Below are positions 11,901-26,700 of a DNA stretch of 64,000 bases, in pieces; within the stretch, counting starts at the first letter, position 1; every line of letters begins with the position of its first letter. The notes under the pieces are model-generated. The model did not search any database and was not told the DNA's origin. It was given only the letters and a program-made list of their open reading frames with translations. Origin of the DNA: Klebsormidium nitens. Its lineage: Eukaryota > Plantae > Klebsormidiophyceae. The position numbers and the translations under genes were made by a program. The stretch is from contig DF237395.1 of NCBI GenBank assembly GCA_000708835.1, forward strand, positions 1 to 64,000. The letters run 5' to 3'.

Positions 11901-14900
11901 CAACTTGGCAAAAGAGTCTTCAAAGTTGCTCACCTGCCAGAAGACAAAGTTGCTTTTCAGCGTGTCCTTCACGGTGTCCTGGGCCCACGTGTCACGATTT
12001 AACTGCACAACCACAAGGAACATGGTCAGTACAAGGAGGTGTTGACGGCACAAGGATGCGACAATAGTGACGGCCTCCTTCTTGGGAGAGCCGAGCTTTC
12101 ATGAGCTTATGACCACCTGTGAGGGAAATCAGTGACATCAACCAGCCATCTGGACTTCAAACCTATGTCCCAAATCATTCCCACAGCGCATTTGACCAGT
12201 GCTGTGCAGAATCGTAGACATCGTCTCCATGAGCCTTCCAGACCTCTCATTCTTTATCGTTCAGGCTAATGATCGATTGATAAAGAGCAACTTTGAACCT
12301 CCTGGGTGCTCAGACCTAATGAGCTCCATCGTGTCCAAAATGATGGCGCGTAGTCATTCAACCCCTCATACGCTTCACATCTCAGCAGGAAACGTGAGAA
12401 ACCCATCACAAGACGCACATGGTCGAACGGCAAAAGTGAGTCCACGATTGATAATGCCATCCATCAGTTTCGCAGGTTGGAACATTTATATCATGCCAGC
12501 TTTTGCATCTCGTGGCAGCACCTCATGCAAGCAAACGCAAGCAAACGCTGTTCAGAGGACGAGTCACTGCCCAAAATCTAGATTAGACCGGATTTTTTCG
12601 GTTCACCCAATCCGTTGTCGGTAAAATTAGTTCCTCGTGCCACGTCGAGTCGCTCGTGCTGATGCTTTGAAGCTGTGGGATAAGCGACTAGAAAACTAAC
12701 GAGCTAACCAGCTAAATAACTAACGACATAACGTACTCACCAACTAATCAAGTGGTTCATTGGAGGCGCTCCCTACTCAGTGCAGTGTGATGCCAAACAC
12801 CAGTTTGAACGGCCGCAGGGACTGACGCGACTTCCGTAGGTTCAAGCGGAATCATAACTTACAGCAACTAGGAAGGACTTCTTACCATGTAGCTCGGAAA
12901 CTCCGTTCGGGACTGCACGTTCACCAGCAACCACCGCCCTTGTTCAACCGCCTGCGCCTTTGCCTGGTGAAGATGAGAACACACACTTGTAAGATTGGAA
13001 CCTGGGTCTTCAAACAGACCCTTCTGACGATCCCGGCGAATGGGCTGCTGGCACTGTGGCGTATGGCTTGTAGCAATGGATGCCTGGACCTGCGCAGAGA
13101 AACTGCTTGATGCTCCGAGGACAAATTGGAGGGTTCCATTTAGTAAGCAGCCCGTAACAACTTTCCGGACTAGACACACTCAAGAAGGGAGACGATCAAT
13201 GCCTTGGCTCTCTGGAAAACGTCCAAACCAAAAGAGATCAGCCAAAGGCACCATCGATGCATCAGCACTCCCGCACGACAGGCCGTTGAACATGAAACGA
13301 GGAGTCCCCGCTTTGCTGGCTCCTGATTGTCAAGGAAACGCCCCATAACCCGGAAAGTTACCCTCAAACACAGTGTGCCTCGACCTACTCGAGCCCACCC
13401 AACAATCGACTTAGCCCCTGAATGTAAACCAAGGGCTTTCGCATAAACCTTGTGTTCACCTGTGATATTCAAAACAAGGTTTCGTGAATGCTTACCTGCT
13501 CAAATGAGCCCTTGAACATGACCTCAAGTGGTGGCTCGTACAGCTTGGCCAGGCCGGTGGGGCCGGCCCCCTCCCCTAGTTGCATCTGCCCCTCCTCCCG
13601 GAAGTTGCGGAACGCGTCCACCCGAGCCGGGGGGGGCGCGCGATCGGCGTGCTGCGCCATACCCTGTCCATACATGGGCCTGCAATGTGAAGCGTGCATT
13701 GATTCATCAGTTGCCCTCCGGTTGAAATTCCCAGAAGGGAAAGCCCTGCGGTCAAAACCCATTCTGCACAATTTGACCGCAGCACTGTTCCCTGACCGTA
13801 CAAGGGCCTGGGAGGGCATGGGAGAAGAACTTGTCCTTCGCTTTCGTTGGAGGACAAGGCTGGTAAGTGCATGCAGAACAGAAAAAGGGCTTTCTCACCA
13901 TCGACCAACTTCGAACGACTTCTACGCCATGAAAAGCGAACATGATTGTGATACATAAACTGTGCCCTAATGTCAAACCAGGCTTGGTTGAGTGCTTGAA
14001 CAGAGTCGGATCAAAGTCGAGATGGCCGGATGGCAGAACATTGGGCTCGGCATAAACATCTTCACTTCAAGGCTCCTGCTTCATCACATCGTGTGCCACC
14101 TTGGAAAGTCCAGGCACTCTCATCACGTGGTCAAACGATTTCATTGCAGGAACTAAAGTAATGCTTTAGCTCTCTCCGACGGCGAAGCCTCACCTTGCGT
14201 ATGCATCGTCGTACAAAGCCTCCCTCCTCGTCGGCAGCGGCGCCCGCACCCCGTCCTCGTCGTACTGCTCCGTGGGTCTGAAACAAAAATAGCTTTGAAT
14301 AGTGGACGGCATTTTTAATACCTTGCATCCGATGAGCGGTTGCAGCCTTTATACAAGCAATTAGAGTGACACCACACATGTGCGACAGGCTGACCATCTT
14401 CAGTAAGATTGAAGAACATACTGAGACTGTGACTGTGCAGAGGGCGAACCAAGAAACAAGAAGATGCACTAGAATCTGTCCGCGCAGCGGGCCCCTTAAA
14501 ATAGCAGTTCCAACAGGAGGTCTGGTCAACATTTGACCCTGGCCCCACAGCTAATGCTTTGCTATTTTCAGATTAACCACTTTCTTGCTGAATTTTGCAC
14601 AAACTTTCTGAGCCAGAACCTTCCTGAGCCTTGCACGAAAGAACTTGCTGTCCAACTCGCAAACTTTGCAGACTTCAAAAATGAGCCCTCTAGGAACCGC
14701 CAGAAACCTTTATAAATATGCTTCAGGGTAAGCTACTTAAAGTTGTTTTTAATGGCAGTGGCATCAGAACAGGCACAAGAAAGCAATCCAAAACGACCAA
14801 TTTGTGTTAGAGGCCTCACCTACCATGCACTACGAACACTGCAGCAAAAACTCTGTAGGCTGAAACAAGACTGTAAAACCACCAAACTTGAAAAAGCGGC

Positions 14901-15742
14901 CACGAGAGAATGACGTCGAAGATAGGGGGTAGTCACCTCTCCGAGGGGCCTGGTGCAGCCTGCACCGGTGCCACAGGGTTGCTTGGACGCTCACTTGCAC
15001 TTGAGATGCCCCCAGCAAAGAACAGCTGGACAGCATCGTCCAGTTGCCAATTGGTCGCCTGCAACAGCAGAAAAGGTCTTCCTATGAAACCTGGCCAGAG
15101 CAATCAAGTTCTTGTGCTCTCCCGCCCACTCCCAAAAAAGATTGCCACATGCAGAGTGTGTGTGAAAGACACACTCAAGCTTCTGTTTTAGGTTTATGTT
15201 GAGTTTCAGACAGAAGCACAGCTTCATAAATTTCCCCTTCTCATGAACATTTTGATAAAGTGGTGGTAAACTTAAGCTATCAAAACTGAGTCTGTAAATG
15301 CAGGATCTATGCCATTGTTGAGCAGCATTCTCTTGAAGCGAGACAGGGATGCCCTAGCTCCATTCAACATGCGCGCTTACAAATGTTAGAAATGCAGCCT
15401 TCTGGATTGACGGGTCAAAAGTATTCAGCAAAGACGAAGCGAAGTTCAAGGATTTCAAAGTGCACCTTCCAAAAAGAATCTAGCTCAATGAATGAGCTCT
15501 TGAACCACCTGCCCTCAACCTTTTGGTGATGGAAACAGAAGATCAGATAGCAATGCAACGCCCAATTTTGAAAGTAGGTGTGCTCCCCTCTGAAGCTTAC
15601 TGATAAGCCGCAAAGACACAAACCAGCTTAGTGAGATGTTGTCTCTTCCGCTCACCTCTAGTATCTGCAATGCATCTTCTTCGTTGGCACTTGTCACATC
15701 GAAGAAAGTCTGCAGTGTCTGGGCTTTTTCAGCGTCGCCCAT
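5916..15742 (-). CDS. PUX7: Plant UBX-domain protein, PUX7/UBXN7-like CDC48 adaptor (UBA-like, UAS thioredoxin-like, UIM and UBX domains); 10 coding exons
   Basis: Frame-consistent GT-AG exons: 15656-15742 (MGDAEKAQTLQTFFDVTSANEEDALQILE), 14937-15058 (ATNWQLDDAVQLFF), 14194-14277 (DEDGVRAPLPTRREALYDD), 13496-13679 (LAKLYEPPLEVMFKGSFEQ), 12886-12963 (AKAQAVEQGRWLLVNVQSRTEFPSYM), 11934-12002 (LNRDTWAQDTVKDTLKSNFVFWQ), 8260-8403 (VYDDTEEGSKVLTYYQL...VLDPLTGQ), 7674-7908 (UIM EEEMLQRALAASLE), 6875-7023 (WPPLPDEP...RVAFRLPDGQRQQRRF), 5916-6077 (ends ...GSMLAVTWDS*). Motifs match the UBXN7/PUX7 family as I know it. Confidence 0.9.
7024..7360 (-). repeat. Two intronic tandem copies (about 175 bp) of the PUX7 exon-9 acceptor plus exon 5' part
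   Basis: Direct alignment with 6920-7085, e.g. gctcgtcggggagaggcggccaggaaac at about 6970 and 7147, and tcgtccggaagaggcggcca at 7321. Confidence 0.9.
8404..8975 (-). repeat. Four intronic degenerate copies (about 140-bp period) of the PUX7 exon-7 acceptor plus exon start
   Basis: caagaccttgctgccctc...gtcgtacacctgag-like blocks at about 8520, 8645, 8795 and 8920. Confidence 0.9.
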
Positions 15743-16422
15743 CTTGATCGACTTCCTCAACTCACTTGGATCTTCCCTGAGGAAGGCCGACCTTGAGATG
15801 CTGCTGAAGTCACAGAGCGCTCGTCGCTTGTGCAGAATTCACAAGTCAAGCAAAGGCGAAGGGGTGGCCGCAGCCCAGATTCCTCACTTTGCAGGCAACG
15901 ACGAACGCTGTCGACAGTCGCGCCATGGTGTGATGGTGGCCATGAAGGAACTAGAGCGAGCTTCGTATACCGTCGTCATGCTTGCTTTAAGTTCTGGCGC
16001 GCGCGCTCGATTTCCAAAAACAGCTGCTGAAAGCAACCGCCGAAGCTTGATCAACAGAAGTCGAAGTGCGTTACGCAGCTTCAAGGGGAATTGTCGGGGA
16101 TTCCAATCGTAACGCTGTCGCTTTCGCCCGGCAATCAAGCATGTGGACAGGGACCGCGTGAAGTACCCCCTTACAACTGACGATCGGACTTGTGCAGAAT
16201 ATTGGCCGGTATCAGCTACCGGCCAGTTTTGAATACATTATGGGGGCACAAAATGCCCGAGAGCCTACCCGGAACAAAACCCCCGGTCGTACTTCTGTGC
16301 GCAACATTTGTACCCACGCGCTTCCCAATGTCGAAGGCTGAACAGAGAATACTCTGCGAAGGACTCGGAGTCTGGGCAAATTTTGGTCCATGTTCAGCCT
16401 GGAGGAAATTTCTGAACCCTGA

Positions 16423-18776
<2,354 letters not shown>

Positions 18777-20795
18777 GTCAGCGGTCAGATTGCGGTTGAG
18801 CTTTCCCTGCGACGCGGTCTGGAAACTGAGCTACATTCTTGATGCATTCTGGCGTGTGCAAGTGCCCCTCTGCCTCTGAGCACATGAGTGTTGACTACTG
18901 TTTATAGCTTGCTGTGGTACCTATCCTTAAGCATTTGCAGTGCGTCATTCTTCCAAGTCTGCAGATTCTGAGTTTGCAGCTCGCACTCTCCCCACTTTTC
19001 AGATCCTGAGTTGCTGTTCGTCAATCTTGCAGCCTTGATCAATAACGTTTGAGAGAGAGGGCGGAGGGGGTAAGGATGGGCAGCCTTCTTGCAGCAGCGG
19101 GACCGGGTTATGCTCCTAGGACTCGTCCAGGCTAGGGGGCTGTCTTTGTGGTTGATGCAGATATTCTTTTGCTAGCATACAAGTCCCTTCTTTGATAGGG
19201 TTTGAATTGTGCGATGACGAGGCTTGTACTATCGGACTTCAGGATGGAAGGTTGAACCATGTAGCATGATGTTGACCTTATGCATTGCCCTGTGTTCTTC
19301 TGCTCCTGCATCTGGTGTTCTTTTGCAATCCCCAGGATATCTTCTTTGACTCTTGAAGCAATTGCAAATTTCCTGGCTTTTTCTGGGTCCTGAGAGTTGT
19401 CATGGGCAGAGTGTCAACAGGCCGCTATATATTCATTTTGCCAAAGCAAAGGTACCTAGTGTGTATCTCATGTACGTTGGAAGTTTGATGTGTGTACTTT
19501 TTGCTTGGACTTGGTGATGGTGCTCAGATTTATGCCAGCGCTTCTGAGAAAAATTGTGGAACACTTGTGATTCCATGTACAGTGCCATTCTCATGCATGA
19601 GCATACTGCATTGGTGCGGCCTTGGTAGTCAGTGAATAGCGTTGTTAGCGTGTTGGGTCCCATATGTTTTGCGCCAAAAGTGACAGCTGCGTGCATGCCA
19701 AATTAATATGTATGTATTCCTTGCAACCGTCTATTCAAACGCGTTGGCGGCATTCAGGTAGCCCGGTGCCCGTCATTGCCAGCATATTCATTTGCAAGCA
19801 ATAATCTATACTGAGTTGTGGCCCGCCAATCATGTGGTCATCGGTTAATGCCATGGCCTGAAAGTACCAAGTTCCAACTAATATGCCGATTTGGATCTGC
19901 AGCTATCTTGCGCGCCCCACCGCCGCATGTCAGGACTTACTAGCAGCTAGGGCATGCATGGCCACAACTTTCACATATCACATGATTCTGGCGCGATTGG
20001 CTTTGTTTTGGAAGAGGCTGAACATGAGATTAGAATGCAGAATGATAGATATGATCAAATCGCTGTAGGTACATGTGTGCTAAATCAAAAATCAGCCAGC
20101 ATTCAATACAGATTTGCAGTGATCGCCGCCAGGCTTCAACTCATGGGCATGCAGCGGCCTTGAATCGCTTCAAAATTGCCAGGCAGGCAGGCTTGTCTTA
20201 CATGGACAGCTAGCCTGACGCCCGCAATGTTAGTGCCAGTGGGGGCGGCTGCACCGCAACATTTCAGTACAGTCTATATGGTAAAGCTCAGTCAGAGGCA
20301 AGCCAATTGCGCACAACCGTCGTTGTGAATGATGAAATTGATCAATGAGTTCAAATCGAGCAATTTGCGAAGGACAAAAGTATACTACCGGCCCGTCCGC
20401 TTAGATGTGCGACTCGTTTGAATCCAAGTCTCACCTGCCAAAAGATTATCATGGGTAGCCTGCACTCAACTCTGTTTGTGCAATCAGCAATCAAGCTTGG
20501 CCTGAGAGGTTTTGGGTCGAAAGCGAACTCATAGACTGAGATCAGTCAAAGCGGTGCTCGTAAGTTCGACATTCCACATACTGTCCGAGCAGACCAATGG
20601 AAGTATAAATCGCTGTGATTGGCTGCCTGATTGAATATTATACAGTGCTCCACTTTGAGAAGCATTAAGCGTTCACGAGTTGGTCTATTCCCCTCGACAG
20701 TGGCTCAAGAGCCTCAACGCGATGTCGACACAATGATTTTAATACTAGCGCGATCACATGGAACACATGCTCTAGGAAAATCGAAATGGTAGACA

Positions 20796-23700
20796 TCACA
20801 ACTTGCTCTTCGCGAGATTCCCGGGAACTCTGCTCTTTGCCTCTACCGACCGAGACAAACCCTTGACGTCATCCCGGGAAAAGAATTGCGGCTTCCAAAG
20901 CCAATGCGCGCCATCCACTACCACCGTCTCCCCACTTATCCACCTGCAAGCAGTTGGGGGCAAAGGGCTTCAATCAGCAAACCAAAAGCTCTGACATCCT
21001 CTTTCACAACAGCAAGTAAAGGCGTTTTCTTGCGATCCAAGAAAGCAGACTATTTTGAAACGCACGCGTTTTGAAGGCCTTCGAGAATCGAAGAAATACC
21101 AAAACGAACCAATTTGCAGACTCCTCATCACTTTTTGCCGCCTCTTTCGTCCACTCGAAAACTGTATTGTAGCAGCCGCATGGCATCAACCATTTAAGCC
21201 CGGACAAAAGGGGCCTGTTCGCGTGCTTTTTGTCTCTTTGCTCTTCGACAAAGAGACAAAAGATGAGCCAGAGTCCGCTGTCGTCACCTGGTCCTCTTCT
21301 CTCGAGCAGGAGCTGCGGTGCTCCGCAGTTTTTTCAACGGCGCCTTTTCAGCAGAAAGCACCGGTCGAACGTGCAATACTGTATCAATTGTAGCGCAATC
21401 TGAAGTAGTCTACGAGAAGCATGCTAGCAAAAAAGGAGCACCAAATGGGCATCCCACAAAGACAAAAAAGTAAGTGGACGAGAGACAAGAAAGAAGACAA
21501 AGGGCGACCAAAGCAAAGTTGGGCTAGCAGGCCGACAGTGCGGGAGCCACTAAACACGAATCTGGTGATTATGTTTGCAGACCATTTTGTGTTAGGGCGA
21601 CCAAAAGCTGAGGAAAAGTTCGACGGATACACATTCCAGAATTACCGATATACCAAAGTGGAGAAGCCCATGCGCTCTCGGTTCGTTGACGTTGTAAAAC
21701 GCGTCATCTCAGATCGTAAGCTTCGATTGGTGGGGATCAAAGTCGGACGTGCAGAGTTTGCGTTCACTTTCGTGCTTCGGGATGCGTGGCCTTGAAATGC
21801 ATTATTTCAACCATTCTTGGCGAATCGCGAAATCTAGAGTTATTTGAGACACGTTCGTCAAGCGCACCTGCCCGCTCCAGACGCCAAATAAACCGCAGCC
21901 ATCGCAATGTCCCACGTCTCCCCCACTTTCCGCAGAGGGACGAGTTCCGACACGTCGGGGAGTTCGGTACCCGGGTTCAGCTTGAACAGCCCCGTCGTGT
22001 CTGCGATGGGCCCTGCAAAGAGCGGAGTAGATTGGGTTCAAGGCAGGAATATGGTTCTTTTCAGCATAGTATAGATCCGAAAGTAACACGGAGGGAGAGG
22101 CTTTGAAATACGGCTATGGCAGAATAAGCACCCCAATCAGGCATAACCCGAATCCAGCGCAGCGGAATGTGCTTAGAAGCAGGGAATGGCAATCAACATC
22201 TCGATATCAACCCCAAAGAAACGCGGAGGGAGGGGCTTCGAATCCAGCTAATTGAGATCGATACACCTCCGTCAATTCGAAACTAGCACGGAAGCAAGTC
22301 AGGATTAGAGGTATGGTAAATAGACAACGCATCCGACCTTAAAGTAGCGAGGTAGAGGCTTTGAATACTGCCATGAAACTTTGCACCTCAGTCAAGCGGA
22401 GAGCAGCAAGCGGAGAGTAGCACAAGGGAGGGGCTTCGACCAAAATATGGTACTCGATACAGCCTACTTAATCCGAAAATAGCACGAGGGGCGGGGTCTG
22501 TACTACAGCAGGTTATGTTGGATAGTGCAACTTGATCAAATCGAGAGTAGCAACTAAAAGGCCACACATTCGACCAGATAACCCAGGACGTAGCATGCTT
22601 TAGGGTTTTAGGGTTTTAGGTTTTAAACCCTATAACCCTAAAGCCCTAAAACCTTCTGACGATCAAAGGAAGCCGAGAAAGCAAGCCGAACGATCGCTGG
22701 TCGGAGTTCGATTTCTGATCCACGAAGATCCTGATCCCTGAAACGCAGAAGACTTTGACAGAAGCAGTGCATTACCTGGCGCGATCCCGTTGACTCGTAT
22801 CCGGTACGGGTGTCCCCATTCAAGGGCCAAGCTCCGGGTTAAGCTGTCAATCGCTGCCTGCCCGGAACATAGAAAACAACAACGGTTAATAAAGCCGTAA
22901 CCCATCTATTCCGAGCATGTTTAGCGCATTTGGGTCTTAACCCGTGTGCAATAAACCGGTCTGAAAAAGCCTTCGCGTCGAGCAGCCCGCCGAGCTAGTT
23001 GCTGCTGATCAAACGGTGATCTTTAAAGCGGATCCTTTGATCGTTGGAGCACAGATTTGTAGTCGTCGATCGATATTGTGTGCGTTTTAGTCGATTGCCG
23101 GGTCTCTGAGGAGCGAGTTGCGCAGAACGCCGCTAGCAACGAGCATATTTGGAGCTTCGCCCTCGCAGAGACTTAGCTCAAGGTAAGCGTAATATTAGAG
23201 GAAGGCTGCGCAGACGATGTGACCGGAAAAGAAATTACAATGGGATTCTTCCCAGCAATAAGGAGAACGGTGGCTTTGAGAAGGCATGCAGTTTTCAGCC
23301 TGTGTTGGGCGCAGGAGAGAAAAAGCATCGACGGAGCTGATCAACAGAACTGAAGCAAGAGCTGAAAAAGCGATCGCGCAACGGCATTGAAAGAGGCGTG
23401 CGAAGCGAGAGACCAAAATGCTTTGAAAAGGGGAAACATCGTTTAAATTTTGCTCCAAGACTTTGCTACTAAAACCCGCATCTTGGCGGCGGAGGCGTGC
23501 GCTTAGAACCAGGTTGCGCCGTACTGTAGCGTGACTAGGCATGCGAAGCGAGAAAGTGAACCCTAAAACCCTAAAAGTGCTTTTTTGAAAAGGGGAATCA
23601 TTAGTTTCGTAGATTGCTCGATGAAGTTGCTAATGAAACCCGCACCTTGGCCGCAGAGGCATGCACTTGGTACCAGGTCGCGCCGTGCTGTAGCGTCACC

Positions 23701-26700
23701 TTATGAAGGAGGCGTGCGAAGCGAGAGACTACAATGCTTTCAACAGAGAATCATTGGTTTCATAGATCAATCGATAATGCCGAAAATGAAATCCCCACCT
23801 TGGCAGCGGAAGCGTGCGCTTGGTACCAGCTCGCGCCGTACTGCAACGTTGCGCTTATACTGATGATGAGGCCCCCTTCGCCCTCGCACTCCTCTTCGTC
23901 CTTGGCCGCTGCACAACAGCATCCAAGATCTAAGCTGTCGTTTTGCTGACGTCACCTCGAAGACTAGAACACCGGATGCGGAGTCTTTTGTTGGCGCTGA
24001 TGATGAGGCCCTCTTCCCCTTCGCCCTGCTCTTCGTCCTTGGCCGCTGCACGAAACCCTCAAAAATCTATGCTGTCGTTTTGCTGACGTCATCTCAAGGA
24101 TTAGAACACCGAAAGCTGGGTCTTGAGGAAGCCGGGTTTTGTTGATGCTGGTTGTAAGTCCGCCGTCGCCCTCGCCCTCCTCTTCGTCCTTGGCCGCTGC
24201 ACAAAAGATCTAATAAGACTTATGCTATCGTTATTGCTGACATCATCTCAGAGAACAGAATAAGAAGTGCTGGGTCTTTAGGAGCGAGACTTTGTTGGCG
24301 CTGATGATACGTCCGCCTTCGCCCTCGCCCTTCTCTTCGTGGTTGGCCGCTGTACAAAAAAACCTCAGATTCTCTGCTGTCGATTTCCTGACGTCACCTC
24401 TAGAATAAGAACACCGGACGCTGGGTCTAAGGAAGCGGTACTTTGTCGGTGCTGATAATTGAGTCCGCCTTCGCCTTGCCCCTCTCTTCATCTAGAGGAC
24501 CAAGACCGAAACTGTGCTGATGATCAAGCCGCCTTCGCCCCTCCCCTCCTCTTCGTCCTTCGCCGCAACACTAGAGCTTCCAGGATATGTGCTGACGCGT
24601 CATGGCCACCTGTCTCTTTGCTGACGTCATCTTCGAAAGGAACGGACATCAGACGATGGCATCACGAAAACCGAACTTTGGCCTTGCTGACGTCAAGCTC
24701 CTATCGTTGGCTGACTCGTAAGGACCGAGACTGTATTGGAGTTGATGATAGGCCGATAGATTTGGTGATCTTTGTTCGATATTATGGGGGTTCCCACTTC
24801 TCGGCATCCGTATGTTAGGTTCCGCTGGAGATCGTGCAAAGCTCCTTCATGCACTTGTTTTCAAATGCAGTATATGGCCCGCCACGTCAGCACGTCATCC
24901 GAGATTTCGACCAATGAGGAATCTGCCACCGCTTCTCCATTCCTCTATAAGGGCAACTGCCGATGGCAAGACTTTACAGAAAGTCTGTCAGAACGACCAC
25001 GCAGACAATCACAATGGAAACGGGAACAAATGCGTGCATTAAGCGAAAACGTTGAGGAAGGCAGTGCCTCACTCAAACCCCCCCGTCGTAACGCCTTGAA
25101 TGCGGCATGGCACATGGTAAAGGTTCCCAGTGTGTCGATCTCGAGAACCGTCCGGAAGCCCTTTGGACTGAGGGACTCAACTGCACAAGGATTGTCACGA
25201 GTCTTGCTCTGTTGGTGCGAACCCTGGCTTTTCGCAAATGTAAGACTTTTTGTTGATAAGGCCTTGGGCGCAAACAAAATTGGCTAGGATGTTGGTTGCA
25301 AGGATTGTTTCATTGTTGGCTTGTCGAGTCGTCAGGTGTCAAGTCGGGAGATGAGATGCTTCGTTCGGTCGCTACAATTAGGAAAGTCTGACTACCCGCA
25401 CGATCCTTCAAACTGCGGGTTTTGCCAAGATAGGATCAGGCTCGGCCCTCCAACGAAGTTGGTCCGACGGTTTAATGGCCTCACAGGGATGCAATGTTAG
25501 GGTCAAATGGAATCCTCGGTGTGAGGCGTTGTGAGACCTTTCGCTCCTCCTGAAAATGAATGGAGTGGTCCAGAAAGTGCAGGCGCGTCGGGCCGGATAT
25601 CCGAGGAAGGAACTTCTAAACAGAGTCTCGGAACCTCTCTCTGTGAAAAGCCAACTCTCTGGAAGGAAAGTATCCCCTCTCTGATTTCCATGAGGTTAAA
25701 GTACTGTTTGAGACGCACGTGAACAGCTTCGCAACTCGTTAAGGCCTAAAAACGAAGACAACGTAATCCGATATATACAGGATTCAAGTCTTTTAATGAA
25801 AGTGCTTTGAACCTCAACAGATCTTGAAGGGTTTAAATTGCTTCTAGGAGTCTCGTCGATTCCGCCGCCTGACCCATCTTACATTCGTGCTCGCTTGAGA
25901 ACCTGAGCCGTCGGATATTTGCGACATAGATCGAAGGACGGCTCGATCTCTTCAATCAGCATGGATTGAAGATGAAGGTGAAGAAAAGTGCTACCTACTC
26001 AACTTGGAATACGTTTCTTTCAGCGGCGCCATTGACTGGCCAACTTGAGGTTTAAGAGATCTCCGAAGTATCGGTACCCCACGGCGTTGGCAATCAGCAA
26101 GCAGCCTGAAAACCATTCGGAGCTCTGCGGGTGGAAGATATTTGGCCTTCTTCAATACGTACCTGGAAACAGGAAGTTTCCGGCCGCGCTGTTGACCAGT
26201 ATGTCCAGTCTGCCCTTCCCGCCAAACTCTACTGCAGCATCGACCGCCCGCTGCGCATCAGCAGGGAGTCGCACGTCCCCAGGAACAGCCATGGCCTGAC
26301 AAGAATTTGTTTTGGGGTTTTGGTCATGGTTTCGTGAATGTTTAGCTGAGGGTTTATTTATCAAGTCAAGTGTCAGACGTCCCCAGGAATAGAAGTGGCC
26401 TGTCGAAGCTTTGGTCTGAGTTTCTGGGGTGATTCGTTCAAAGGTTTCGTAAAAGTTGAGCTGAAGGTTTATTGACAACCCAGTTAACTATCAGACGTCC
26501 TCAAGAACAGCCTTTGCCTCACAAGGATTTGTTCGGAGTTTTGGTCAAGGGTTCCGTTGGCTCAGTTGACAGTTGAGTTGACGGCCCCCTGGCTGACATC
26601 TAGCAGAGTGCAAGCGGCGAACGACCATCACCCAATGACATCTACTTCTAATTTGCTTACTAATGATCGAGATCTTGTGCCAGAAGATAATAGTTTCCTT

